Shown piece after piece: positions 24,243-38,100 of a stretch of DNA of 64,000 bases. The stretch is from Macrostomum lignano (lineage: Eukaryota). The notes beneath the pieces were generated by a model, which saw only the letters and a program-made list of their open reading frames with translations, was not told the origin of the DNA and ran no database searches. The position numbers and the translations under genes are program-made. Positions within the stretch are counted from its first letter, which is position 1. Each line of letters opens with the position of its first letter. The DNA is taken from positions 206,739 to 270,738 of the forward strand of contig NIVC01001548.1 in assembly GCA_002269645.1 (NCBI GenBank), given 5' to 3'.

Positions 24243-27200
24243 TGCAGACTCAGCTGGACGAGCGAGTGTGCGATCAAAGCTTTCAAATTTTAATCCTGTG
24301 CTTTCTTCTGGAGCGCTTTCCGCCTCTCAGTCCCTATGCAAATTGTAGCCGGGCAATGCAGGCCCTAAGACACCGCGTGCTTATTATGCCGTATTGTTTG
24401 CCTGGTGCGGGCAGCGCAGGCACCCCGAGGGAGAGCGGAGGGTGCAGAGAAATGCGAGTGCCGAGGCCGCGCCAGCTGAGCCGCGCGTGCCTGCAGGGAG
24501 AGGAGGGTTGAAACTTTTCTGTACTTCGTATGCCAGTGTGAATGCGGCGCACTCATTTAGTGTACAGTGACAGATTCAATGGAAAATTACCAGACAACCC
24601 CATGATCACGTGACTCACCTTGGCTCATTTTTCTACGTATGTTTCTACCTTGTTATTTAAAATTTGAAGTTGTTTCACAGAGAACTTTATAAGTTATAAT
24701 AAGTTTTGCTTGCACTGCTGTGCAGAATTGACACCCAGATATAGTTTGGACTGAAGCATATTGAATTAATCCAGATCCGCAATGTTGGCACTGCTGCCTT
24801 CAACCTATTCGTACTTTCAATTAATCCGCCACTTCAATTGCCAAAGACCAGTTTGATAGTGTCGGGATAGCGTTTTGCGCGCCAACATCTCCTACAGCTG
24901 CACTTAAGCGCCTACCACGTGTGGTTCATTGATCTGGCTAAACCTGCCAGCTCTGGACCCATCAGTCTCGAAGTCATAGCCGATAAAAGGGACGCGCTGC
25001 TGAGACTGGATTGCATTGACCATGCAGGACAAAGAGGCCTTTTAAAGAGGGATCTTGCAAGGCGAGACTTTATAGGTTCGGGGAATGTAGCTCGTACTAT
25101 TACATAATTGAATTCGTATATGCCAGCTTCTGGCCATAAATGTGACAACAAACTCTCCAATAGCGCTAATAGTGCAGAGCAGTCGTGGCCCTCTCAGACC
25201 CTAGCAGGTGAATTCTTACATATAAGCCGCTCTGGTGCCTGGATCAGCACTAAAGTACATGACTGGCTTGAATTCTGACTCCAAATGATTGATTGAGAAC
25301 TTTTTGGCCATTCGTTCCAACATCACCTTCAGCATATAGCTGCATGCTCATCTGAGCTTGCATTTCCAATCAAAGAATAAAAGTAAACTACATTATCCGA
25401 TCAGATTTGCCTTCTTACTGAGCTCGCAAGCACTGATTCAGAGCAAGCAAGCTACTTTCAGTATCGAACACTGTATTAAATTCTGCCTTGAAAATTTCAG
25501 CACAAGAAAAATAAGCAAGAAAAGTGCAAGCAGGCTACTGAAAACGAAGCCAGATAAAGAGTAGTCCGAGATAAGCAGGTTTAAGCAGCCTCTCAACCCA
25601 ACCAATCAGAAACTCAGACTTCTGGTGGCCAAAGACTCCTCAAATAGCTCAGAGCCTCTCGATGAAGCTCTAGGCAGTTGACGCCGTAGATGATGTCTTC
25701 TGACTTGATGACGTCACAATCCGGGGAGTGGAAATCTAAAGATTTTGGAAGAGTAGGAGGAGGTGAGCAGGAAAAATCTGCGGCTTAAATAGGAACCAAG
25801 TGGTCCGCGTTTTGTTATAGTGGAACACGTTGATTCTTATTGGCTGAGCTTGTTGACAACCAAACCCGAAAAGCCAGATCTTATCAGGCCCTGAGGAACC
25901 CCCAGAAAGTGACAGGTGCGGCCATAAATCAATCCAATCTGGATAAAAAACGATTAACATGTACATATGTACGAGTTTCAGCAATGCCAAGTCCAAAATC
26001 AACATGAAAATATAGATTAGATCAGGGATGAAGAGAAGAGTACAATCGCGATGAGTTTAGGATAAAAAGGACTATACTTTTAGCGGTAAAGGTCACAGTG
26101 GTCAAATCCGAACAACAGGCCGAAGTCTCATGGGATTGATGGCCTGTCAAAATGAGTAATGACTATTTATGGCCTATCATATCTTGACTTAGCTGCAGAG
26201 CAGTCCAGGGAGGGACACAGCAGGAAGGCGCGGACGCCCATTCCCCTAATCCCTGAACAGCCGACGCGTCGCTATGAACGAAGGGTTGGCGCCGCCCAGG
26301 CAGGTCCCATCAGTGTCGCCAGCAGCTTATCCATAGTCGGCTCAAAGGCGTTTTGGAATGAGCCAGAGCCGCACCTCTTAGCGAGGGTGTCTGCCAGCTC
26401 GTTCCCCGAAATATATATTCATATTCATATTCATATATCTCGTAATCTCATCCGGCTTAATGTACATGGCACATGCAGTAGCTATAGCTAGCCTGGGTCG
26501 TCTTAGCCGGCCGGACAAGTGCAGGCTCTGCATGGTCTTAATTCGCTAAAAATTGAGTACAGTAGAGCACATTCTGGACATTGCATGCAATGATATCTAA
26601 ACTTGTCTTGGTTCTAAAAACATTTTCTCAATGGCAAAAAAGGCATACCCTATCGATATAATTAGCTTTTAGATTTTATTCGTAATTTAATACAATACTT
26701 ATGCTGCAAAAGTCGTTTTTTTGGCGATGCTTCGAAGTAAGTAAGTAAGTAAGTTTGGCTCAGGCCAGAAGCCTGTTTGGCCAATATATTTCAGTGTATT
26801 TAAAAATAATTCAAGAGTAGAAGGCAATATTTACGCATAAGTACGATCGTACGAGTTTTGTAATAATATAGTATTTGAAAGAGCGCCTAAATGTTATTTA
26901 CGAAACTTTGAACGAGCTTTAACGACCAACGAAGAAAACGTGAGGAATTAAAAAAAGACAAGTATTGTGTGAAATTGATGTATGTAGTTGGTGATTTTGA
27001 GCAAATCAGTTTAACGAAGCTTAAATATTATCTGAAATTTAAGGAACCTTTCGAGCGGAGTTATTAGTTAAGGTAAAACAAAACTTTTAAATAATTTTCT
27101 GGTAATTCAAAGGTTATATTTAAGTATAGTGTATGCTGTAGTTTTAAAATATATTTGATTTAAGTGAATTTAACTGATTTTGCAGAAAAGTATGCAATAT

Positions 27201-27296
27201 TTATCCTTTTTCTAATTTTGACAAAAAAGAAAGGAAGGACGAGTCGATCGGTTCACTATCTTTAATTCTTATTGGCATACTGCAAAACGCGACAAA

Positions 27297-27420
27297 AGTC
27301 ATTTCGCTTTAGTAAAATATACTAGAACGTTACAAAAAGACAGACAGACGGATAGATTAAATATTTAGTGAATTTAGTTTAAAAGCGAATTTTCCTAGTG
27401 TTTTCCTAGTCTAGACCAGT
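27297..27420. repeat. Left copy of a perfect 124-bp direct repeat (putative TSD)
   Basis: Identical to 28695-28818 by base-by-base reading. Confidence 0.95.
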
Positions 27421-28694
27421 TGTTGTTGTTAAACGGGGTGGGAAGCTACGGGGCTACCCGCGGATCAGCCCTGGGAGGGGCTCTGCCGCAGAGGGCACTA
27501 CCAAGGGAACAGATACGACTGAACCCGAGATACCCAAACCAATTTAGTTGGAGAAGGGCGAGGGACCTCAAGTCTATGGTACAAAACACCGCCAAACCAA
27601 CAGTGGAATCAGGGACGGTGCTAGGACCGAGTCCACCCAGGCCACCCCCCAGCAGACAGGTCCTCGGGAGTGCGCGAAAAAACAGAAATTGGAATTACTG
27701 AAGAGCCGTCCAAGAGCGGGGAAACCCAGAAGTCTTGGAAAAGGGCTAACTATTGGAGAGAGTCTGGGCAGCTATTTACCAAGAGCGATCCTATACAGTC
27801 CTATGCACCGGCCAACTGTAGGTCTCGAGCCTCAAGGCTTTTCACTACCCAGCTCTATTTTGGAGTGAGTCTGGAAGGCTTGTATCCGAGGGGGAGACTC
27901 CAGGCGTCCAGGTCCACCTCTATTGCTACCAACCCAAGGGCATCGCCTATCCAGCTCATCTTTGGGGGCCAGGCCAAGGGGTCGGGAGAAGAGGCACCCA
28001 GGGCAAGAGGACTCCGGACTCAGCCGGTTGTCCCCGGTTCGGGACGAACATCCTTCCCAGGACACCAATCCACTGTCAGGATGAGAGCCAGAGACACGCA
28101 AGCAGGGACCTTACAGCAGGAGCCAGGAGATGGACCCGAGGACAGGGCAAGATGGACCGGGCAAGGGCAGAGCTCATAACTCCAAGAATTGGAAGGCTTC
28201 TGTTGGCCAGATAAAAGATTAAAAGAATAAAAAGCCACAAAGGCACAAAGCTAGGGATAAAACAGCGCTGGGATGCCAGCCCAGAAAAAAAGAATGGCAG
28301 TGGGGAGGAGCACCATAGCCCTAAAGCAGGCAGCTTGCCGACCTGCAGCCCGGGTGCTCAGCCTCAGGGCTGGCATGCTACTGGGTCTACCGTACACCTT
28401 TGTGAATTGGTCGTTCTTTCCTGCAGGGCGGGTACGACCAGGGGGCTCAGTCCCGTCCTAGCCACACTGCAGTCCAGAGAACCTACTCACTCCGGGCACC
28501 ACCCCCCCTAAACCAAGGCCGAGGGCCAAATAATTGGAATGTACACCTAAGAAAGATAGGGTTTATTTTTAGATGGGCACAGCCCCTCCGGGGCGGACCC
28601 TTAGAAATTGGCATAGCCAATCGGATTGCGCACAACCCTTAGACAAGCTACCAGAGAGGCAACCAGGGTAAAAACAGTCAGAGACCGTCTTTAC
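27421..28694 (-). mobile_element. Putative non-autonomous non-LTR retroposon with (AAC)n tail and spliced-leader-like 5' end
   Basis: 1274-bp GC-richer block in AT-rich DNA, bounded by 124-bp direct repeats. Minus strand starts GTAAAGACGGTCTCTGACTG and ends gtttAACAACAACA. No long ORF. Confidence 0.6.
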
Positions 28695-28818
28695 AGTCAT
28701 TTCGCTTTAGTAAAATATACTAGAACGTTACAAAAAGACAGACAGACGGATAGATTAAATATTTAGTGAATTTAGTTTAAAAGCGAATTTTCCTAGTGTT
28801 TTCCTAGTCTAGACCAGT
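28695..28818. repeat. Right copy of the 124-bp direct repeat
   Basis: Identical to 27297-27420. Confidence 0.95.
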
Positions 28819-31800
28819 ACTGACTTATTATTTTATCTGTCGTACCATTCTTTGTGGTAAATAGTATAACCATAAAACTTGAAGCTAATTACTTTAGTCA
28901 GATAACTGGTTCTGCTTTTTCATATTTTATTACTATTTATTATAGTCTTGCTTACAAGATGAACATTAAAGCTAGTGATATCAACTGAGCTGCTATTGCA
29001 TTTCAATGATTTCCGGCTGTTGAAAACCTCTTATTAAAGCCAAGACCAAGTGAATTTTGTTTAATTTTTGTTGATGAATCACACTTTTAATAAAACTATT
29101 GATTTTTGCTCAATGGATATAGTTCTATCAATATTATTTGCAATATATTGTTGCATATTATCTAAAAAATTAGTTCAAATTCAAGTTTTTCTGAGAAAAG
29201 GTAAAATAAAAGAATGAAAATGGTTTTGGTAGTATTCAATTGTATTTTACACTTCATGAATTATCAGTCACAAATATTTTTAATTAAATTTAGATAATAA
29301 AAATTTTTTCTTATAATGTAGCCTATATCAACTATTAATTTAATGTTTTGGACCTAAATATTAACAATAGATTAGATATTAAAATGCCCATTTTGTGGTA
29401 TGTCATTCAATCATAAGTCCTAGTTGCTATGATCTCTTTGAAAAATCATTTAGGTTGTTGCATATTATGCTATAAGATTTTGTAGCTTTGAACATGTTAT
29501 AAATGAATTGCTTATCTCCTTTACATTCAACTAGGTGAATAAAATGCCTAGTGTTCTTGTGAAAAATGTACTTTTTGTTGAACTAAAATGACTTGAACCC
29601 AATAGGGTTTTATCTCTAGAGTTTGTAGAATTTACAAAATTTCTTAAAGTGCAGGCCAGAAAAACTTTTAATAGCAATTTTGAACTCATTTTTATACCAC
29701 TACATAGTGACCAATGACTGACTCATTGTACAAGAATTCTTAGTCCACTTACAACACTGCTGCTCTTCTCTCTTCTCACCTTCGCTCATCTGAATTAGTC
29801 TGCAGTGCACATAATGGGCACCCAGTATAGCCCGCATCTCAAAGGAGGATAGGGGAATTAGCCAGAACCGGCTGAGCAGAAAAAATGGCTCAGAAATGAG
29901 CGAAGGGCCTCAGCTTAGTCCGTCTTCCCTGCCTGTTTTGGGCGTGGCGAGTGCAGGGGGGGGGCTGGCGCAGGGCTGGCCCGCCCGTTTCTCACAGAGT
30001 TCCGTCTGTTCTGCTCATCGAAGCATAAAGCATTGACAAGTTTCAGCGCCCCGCTTCCAGCAGTCTTAGCAAGCGCGCTTTGCAGCTTTGGTTGGTGAAA
30101 TTTTACCTGTGTGAATGTATTGCTGGCTCTTCCCCTGAAATGATTTACCTTGAGTGCTAGGTCTGCACTTTTTCTCGATAAAAGATGTTTTGAGAAGTCT
30201 TATTGAGATGTGTAAAGGATTCCGTGCAAAAGATATCTAGATTCTGAAGAGAACAATAAATAAGCTGATTATTCTCAAGCTTTTGAAGCTTGGAGTGTTT
30301 AGATGATGAGGCTTGAGAGAGTTTCCAGATGCATGAGAACTCTCCAGCTTTGCAGAGTCTTACAGGTGTGGCTTTACTTCTCAAGCTCCAATGTTTTTAG
30401 GTCGCAAAATTCCTGTCGCCGAGGGCTCATCAATTGTCACTGAACCTCCAATATCGCAGCAGCGAGCTCAGAGACCCCGGCTCAGTGAAATATGACCAAA
30501 ATCCTGTCGATCGAGGCGGCGGCAGATGGCACGCGATCTCGCGAACAAAAAAGTCCACGCTGGTACTGGATGAAGGGAGATCAATCTGCGGCATTGAGCC
30601 GTCAAGCCCGACCGAGATTGTGTATCCCAGCTTCCCATTTTCTCCCCTGGGAAGAGCAGCCCAGCGGGCGGGGGAGATTTCGACCCCAATATTGTATTGG
30701 TTTCTTCCGCTGCTGACCAAGCGAGTCCATTTTCACTCGCTCAAATTCGGATGGAGTGGCAGCAGCTCTGGCGCGCTCGTTTCTATTACCGAGATCGGCG
30801 ATAGCCTTCCAGCAGTGAGGGGATGAGGGAGAGGAGAGAGGGAGAGAGCGGAAAAGGTTGATGAGATGGGGATCGGGGAGACTGGGCGTGACGGTACAGT
30901 GTCTGATGGGGAAAATGGGATATTTTATACTCGTGGCCCAGAGTGACGAGCGAGCTGGGAGCAGATTGTCTGCTCTGATGCCGTGATCGGGACTCTTCCT
31001 CTCTGCTGCCCTGCCTCCCCCCCCCCCCCCCTGATCCCCGCCGAGGCCTGCCGAGCCACTCCCTGTTGATCCGGCCGCTCCACCTGCGGCTCTCTCATTC
31101 GTTTTTCTTTGCGATTCGAGCTCAAGACCACCCAGAGAGATTCACTCGTCAACTGGGATAACCGGGGGGATTAAAGAGGAGAGTGCGCAGCAGTTAAGGC
31201 TGATCTGGGCCTGTTTCTGCTTTGTTTGGCGTTTCGAGCTTCACAGGACAGGAAATTGCGGAGGATGCAAAATTGGTTGTATCTGGGATACCGGATTGTT
31301 CTGGATGGGAAAATTGCATTGGTTGATTTTTTAAATCAATGTAATTGAGGAATACTCTGGGGCAACTGAGCTCCAGGATTTGCGTTTTGACGATCTAAAC
31401 TTTGTATAGAGAAAAAATTGCAATAAATTTGAGGGATGGCGGTTTTCTGATGCGTTCTACTGTTACTTAAAATATTGATGCTTTTTGGGGGGATCTGAGC
31501 TACTGCGGACAGCTGCGAGACGGGCTGAGTAGTTTTTGAGTGCGAAATCTAAGAAGAGAGCGAAAAGGCTAAAAAGCAAAATCGTGAAAGCTGAGAAACT
31601 GGAAAATGAATTTTCCCAGATGTACCTGCTTCTGTTTGTTCGGCTCATATTCCAGTCGAGAGCCAAACTATTCGAGTTGCCGAGCGGGGATCAGGCCGAG
31701 TCCAGTCGAACGGCGCCGGCAATTTTCCAGTCCGCTATCCGGGTCGGCCCCTGCCCGGCAACAGAAGCCGTTTTTTTCCTTTTACTCGGGCAAGCCCCGA

Positions 31801-32254
31801 TTTCAGCCTGGCTTCTTTCCGCAGTTTTATTCTCCCCTTCTTCCCGACCCCCCCCCCCCGAATTCGGGATTAAGGGGCATCAATGGGATTCGGTCAGGCG
31901 GCGGCGTGCGCGGAGGGAGTCAGGGGGAGCAGGGTGGGCGGACACTTTGAATAATTGCTTGGCGGCGGCCCCGGCGGGACTGCGCCACCCGGTGTGCGTG
32001 CATCGCGTCGAAAAGATTGGAAAAGGCAAAGCTGTTCCGTCTGATATCGTCTTTGAGCTTTCCTGTCTTTTTTAAAAGTGCCGCCTCAGTGTAAGTGCTT
32101 TTCAAGGCATTAGCTGCGTCCCTTAGCTCTGCTCCTCACGTTGTAAGGCACCCCATATCTCTCTTCACTGCGTGAGCCCCTTTTCATTGATTTTCGCGGC
32201 AATTAAGACAAAGGCGCCAGCACAGGACAGGGGCGCCATCACAAGGCAGAGGCG

Positions 32255-33862
32255 CCATAGTTAAGATAGAGGCACCATAGTTAAGATAGAGGCGCCATAG
32301 TTAAAATAGAGGCACCATAGTTAAGATAGAGGCGCCATAGTTAAGATAGAGGCGCCATAGTTAAGACAGAGGCGCCAAAGTTAAAATAGAGGCGCCATAG
32401 TTAAGACAGAGACGCCATAGTTAAGATAGAGGCGCCATAGTTAAGATAGAGGCACCATAGTTAAGATAGAGGCGCCATAGTTAGGATAGAGGCGCCATAG
32501 TTAAGACAGAGGCGCCAAAGTTAAAATAGAGGCGCCATAGTTAAGACAGAGACGCCATAGTTAAGACAGAGGCGCCGTAGTTAAAATAGAGGCACCATAG
32601 TTAAGATAGAGGCGCCATAGTTAAGATAGAGGCGCCATAGTTAAGACAGAGGCGCCAAAGTTAAAATAGAGGCGCCATAGTTAAGACAGAGACGCCATAG
32701 TTAAGACAGAGGCGCCATAGTTAAAATAGAGACGCCAAAGTTAAGATAGAGGCGCCATAGTTAAAATAGAGGCGCCATAGTTAAGACAGAGGCGCCATAG
32801 TTAAGATAGAGGCGCCATAGTTAAGATAGAGGCGCCATAGTTAAAATAGAGGCGCCATAGTTAAGATAGAGGCGCCATAGTTAAGATAGAGGCGCCATAG
32901 TTAAGATAGAGACGCCATAGTTAAGATAGAGACGCCAAAGTTAAGATAGAGACGCCAAAGTTAAAATAGAGGCGCCATAGTTAAGATAGAGGCGCCATAG
33001 TTAAGATAGAGGCGCCATAGTTAAGACAGAGGCGCCAAAGTTAAGATAGAGACGCCAAAGTTAAAATAGAGGCGCCATAGTTAAGATAGAGGCGCCATAG
33101 TTAAGATAGAGGCGCCATAGTTAAGACAGAGACGCCAAAGTTAAGATAGAGACGCCAAAGTTAAAATAGAGGCGCCATAGTTACGACAGAGGCGCCATAG
33201 TTAAGATAGAGGCGCCATAGTTAAGACAGAGACGCCAAAGTTAAGATAGAGACGCCAAAGTTAAAATAGAGACGCAAAAGTTAAGATAGAGGCGCCATAG
33301 TTAAGATAGAGGCGCCATAGTTAAGATAGAGACGCAAAAGTTAAGATAGAGGCGCCAAAGTTAAAATAGAGGCGCCATAGTTAAGATAAGACAGAGGCGC
33401 CATAGTTAAGATAGAGACGCCAAAGTTAAGATAGAGGCGCCATAGTTAAGATAGAGACGCCATAGTTAAGACAGAGACGCCAAAGTTAAGATAGAGACGC
33501 CAAAGTTAGAATAGAGGCGCCATAGTTAAGATAGAGGCGCCATAGTTAAGACAGAGACGCCAAAGTTAAGATAGAGACGCCAAAGTTAAAATATAGGCGC
33601 CATAGTTAAGATAGAGACGCCATAGTTAAGATAGAGACGCCATAGTTAAGATAGAGGCGCCATAGTTAAGATAGAGGCGCCATAGTTAAGATAGAGGCGC
33701 CATAGTTAAGACAGAGGCGCCAAAGTTAAGATAGAGGCGCCATAGTTAAGACAGAGGCACCATAGTTAAGATAGAGGCGCCATAGTTAAGACAGAGACGC
33801 CATAGTTAAGACAGAGACGCCATAGTTAAGACAGAGACGCCATAGTTAAGATAGAGGCGCCG
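32255..33862. repeat. 20-bp minisatellite (agttaagatagaggcgccat), ~80 copies
   Basis: Read directly. Confidence 0.96.
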
Positions 33863-34511
33863 TCACAAAACAAGCGCGCCATGGTTGAAACATTGGCGCC
33901 ATCATCAAGGAGGCGTCATAGTTAAGCGCCATTACGTACAGGACAGGATTTTGACACGTAAACACCCCACTGAAGCAGTAGACAGCAAGGCAGATCTAGT
34001 TTACTATGCATTACAGGAATTGTGCAAAAAAATTCATGTTTCAATATTTTGCTTCAAGTTTTACACCCCTATTTTGCAATATTTGCGCCATAATAAAAAT
34101 TGCGTCCGAAATTGCGCCGTCAAGCATTCCATTCTGCATGCCCAATAATTTCTTTCCCTGCTTATGTTTTTAAAATCGCCACCTGCATGGCAGCATCCAA
34201 ATACCCGGTACAGCAGCTCCCTGCCAATGCGATCTTTATCAGGGCATCAGGGCGTAGTCCCCTGGCGCGGAGGCAGGCTGGTCTCTGGAAAGGCCTTCAT
34301 TGGCCATCTAGGCTGACCAACCGGGCCCTTGGGGAGGCAAAGCAGAGGACAAGGAGGGAGAAGTTGTAGGAGGACTTCTGTTCCAGCAAAGCAGTTTCCC
34401 GCTGCTCCTGGAGCTGATAGAGCTCAATTTGCATCTTTCAGCCCGCGCCCGCCACTCGCCTGAGCAGCCGCAGCCACCGGAGTAGCAACTCAGCGAGCCG
34501 CCGAGTCAGCG

Positions 34512-35046
34512 ATGACGTCGGACATTGCCAAGCGGCAGCGGACGGTGCCCTCCGCCAAGGCCTACGAGTTCAACTGGCGGCTGCCTGTGGCGGCACACCT
34601 CATGACCGGGGCGGTGTTTGACCGCTATGATGAGGTTTGTAGCTCGGATGCTGGGAGCGGTTTCCTCTATGAGTTCTGGTGACTCCGTGCCAGTGTTAAC
34701 AACGCCTCCACACACCGTTTCAGTACAATGGCTCACTCGAACTCGGTTGCGAGGTGAAAGTGGACGAGTTCGGGTTCTTCATCTACTGGAAAAGCGAGAA
34801 TGGGGTGAGCTGTCTGCCTGTTTGTCTTAGTGTCTGCCTGTTTGTCTTAGTGTCTGCCTGTTTGTCTTAGTGTCTGCCTGTTTGTCCTAGTGTCTGCCTG
34901 TTTGTCTTAGTGTCTGCCTGTTTGTCCTAGTGTCTGCCTGTTTGTCCTAGTGTCTGCCTGTTTGTCCTAGTGTCTGCCTGTTTGTCTTAGTGTCTGCCTG
35001 TCTGTCTTATTGTCTGTCTGTCTGCCTGCCTGCCTGTCTGCCTGCC

Positions 35047-35123
<77 letters not shown>

Positions 35124-38100
35124 TAGTAGCCATCTGTCTAGCCCGGAGTAGCCAGCCAGTAGCCAGTGTCAGGAGTATCAGGCTTCTCCTAGCAAAGCCA
35201 GTCTTAGACAAAGCTGAGTCGCAGGCCGGGCGATGGACTGCAGCAGCAGCCATCGAGTGGTTAACGAGGAGACGCGCTCGTTCGTTGAGGAAATTTCATG
35301 CGGAACAAAGCGCTCCTGCATAAATCAATGCCCAAGTGCTGGAGCGGAAGGCGCAGACCGCCGGGAGGCCGCGGCCGTGACTCGGCGTGAACAGCCCCCC
35401 TCCCTCCAGTATTTCCCTCGGAGCTCTCAGAGACTCGGTTGGAGCCGAGCTGCCAGGGGAGCTTCTCAGCGGGATCAAATTAGGGAAGAAGCGCTCCCCA
35501 TCTTCATCTTATGCGAGCTGGCGGGCCATGGCTGCCAGGCATCGATTGCGGGCGGGCGGACAATCGATGGCGGCGCGTGTCGCGCTGAAGTGCAACGCAG
35601 CTTTTCTCCCATTATACCGCAGTTTTATTAATCCGCCGCGGGATGGATGCTGCAGTTATCATTTAGTTTGACTGTGCTCGAATATGTAAGAATTGGATGG
35701 ATGCCACAGTTATCATTTAGTTTGACTGTGCTCGAATATGTAAGAATTGGATGGATGCCGCAGTTATCATTTAGTTTGACTGTGCTCGAATATGTAAGAA
35801 TTGGATGGATGCCACAGTTATCATTTAGTTTGACTGTGCTCGAATATGTAAGAATTGGATGGATGCCACAGTTATCATTTAGTTTGACTGTGCTCGAATA
35901 TGTAAGAATTGGATGGATGCCGCAGTTATCATTTAGTTTGACTGTGCTCGAATATGTAAGAATTGGATGGATGCCACAGTTATCATTTAGTTTGACTGTG
36001 CTCGAATATGTAAGAATTGGATGGATGCCACAGTTATCATTTAGTTTGACTGTGCTCGAATATGTAAGAATTGGATGGATGCCGCAGTTATCATTTAGTT
36101 TGACTGTGCACGAATATGTAAAAGTCGAAAAGTTAACGGAATGTAAAGATTATTGAAAGCTCCCCATCTCGCTAATGCATTGTTCATGTATTTTATATAG
36201 CAATCTCGTCGCTAATTGTTGAATGGCAGTGAGTTGTAAAGCTCTGTCCCCACCCGCAGGAGGGCCAGGTGCTGGAGCTGTCTCAGGTCAGCGACGTCAG
36301 GAATGGGACTCGGCCGAAGGTGAGCTTGTTGGCTTTTATCGTCCTTCTTAGTTAGCGTTCTCGCAAGGGGGGAGTTTCTGAGCACTGCCGCAAATGCAGG
36401 CGCACGCACGCACAAGGTATAGAGCGGCTCCGGCTTTCTCAGCGTCAGGCAGTTTAGCTATGCGCCTTTGAGTCTGGTTCTCATAGGCGTGAATGGCACA
36501 GCCAGCCAAATTAATATAGCCGGGCGCCGAATCCCTGAAGTGTTTTGCCACTCACCGAAGAGTCGCGTTGAGAGCTGCTCTTCATCCGCCCAGCAGCATA
36601 CGCTGACGAGCCATTTGGCCTCTGTTTGCCCAGCCAGCCGCTGACCTTCCTCCTCTGGCGCTGGAGTGCGGAGCCACCCCCCCCCCATATTGTCAACAGC
36701 CGCCCGCATCACTAGCCGAGCTGCTGAAGGCAATGAGGGCTTGGCAAGAGAAATGGAACTGTTGTCACAATTCTTATTACTCAGCCTCCGTGCATAGGGC
36801 GTGCGATGAGAGCCAATAGGTTAGCCTGTCCTACGGGTGTCATTTTATGCGAAACCTCACAAAAGCCAGATGTTGGTCTTAAGCAAGCAGACGTTGGTTC
36901 GAGTCGCTGTACTTCCTTAGTTTTGTCTGAATTTCCGCTCTGATAGTGAAAGAGACGGAAAAACTTGCTGGGAAGAGTTTCATATCTCACTGTCTAGCAG
37001 CTCCTTACCTGACCTGCCTCTGCTAAAGCAAGGAAAGTGCTTTCTAAAGCGACCGCAACAACCTGTTGATTGATTGCCAACAGCAAGAGGCTGCTGGGGA
37101 GGCGAGACAGGGACTCAATTTGCTGCAATGGGTGCCGCCCCCCCCCTCCAGCGACTGTCTCAACGCATTACCAGCCGGCCCGGTCGATTCCAGAATCAAT
37201 TAGCGCCATCAATTAGCGCCTGCTTCTTTTGCTTCCGCTGCCAGCCCCCGCTAATCGTGCCGCTGAGCCTCGTTAGCGGCCTAATGGCTCGGCCCAGGCA
37301 GCGGAAGCGCATAAATCTGGCATTTGATGAGCTTGGCCGCTTTATTTCCTGCAGTTCCGCTCTATTGACAGGTCGTGCAGCCGCTTGCACCTGGCTTTCC
37401 TTGCGGCTTTCTTTCGCTCACATCGTTCCCCAGATTACTCGTAGAAAACGAGCTGAGGCACGGGCTCAATTTGGAATATCTAAGTGTTACAGATTTTATC
37501 TAATGTTCATCTAAAGTTTATCTAAAGTTCAGATGGTCAAATGCTCAATGGGCCTTGCTCATATTGCCAACTGCTGAAGACTTGAAGACTTAAATACTCT
37601 TCAAGAATTTCGATTCTCCTTGAAGCTTAAAACTCACAGTTGCACAGCCCCAAGCTGGCAAGTGGAGGTTTGGTAACCAAGTTACGAATCATACAACAAG
37701 CCATTTAGTAAGCATAAGTCTGAGAAGCCGCAGTCACACTATTCAGTCTCCGTTCTCTGTTCGTCATGGTCTCAAGCCCGATGGGAAACCGTAAATTGGC
37801 TGCCGCTGCATCTGAAGAGGCCAAAGTCAATTTTCTGATCTCCGGAGCTCGTAGAGCGAAGCGACTCACTGGAGTTCGAATCGGTTAGGAGGTGAATCTA
37901 AAAATGAGAGAGACTGCTTCAGTCGTTTAAGAGTTTCGATCGCTTGATTTCCAGTCAGTTGAGAGTTCCGATCGCTTGATTTCCACTAGGATGAGAGTTC
38001 CGATCGCTTGATTTCCAGTCAGTTGAGAGTTCCGATCGCTTGATTTCCACTAGGATGAGAGTTCTGATCGCTTGATTTCCAGTCAGTTGAGAGTTCCGAT

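Noticed and set aside
24560-26760. Possible gene or retroelement remnant, including a (TAAG)n run at ~26736
   Set aside because: Only short ORFs, no recognisable domain, no consistent exon chain or element boundaries
27297-28818. Penelope pseudo-LTR or retrozyme with hammerhead ribozyme
   Set aside because: No CTGATGA...GAAA core found by eye on either strand of the repeats or the insert
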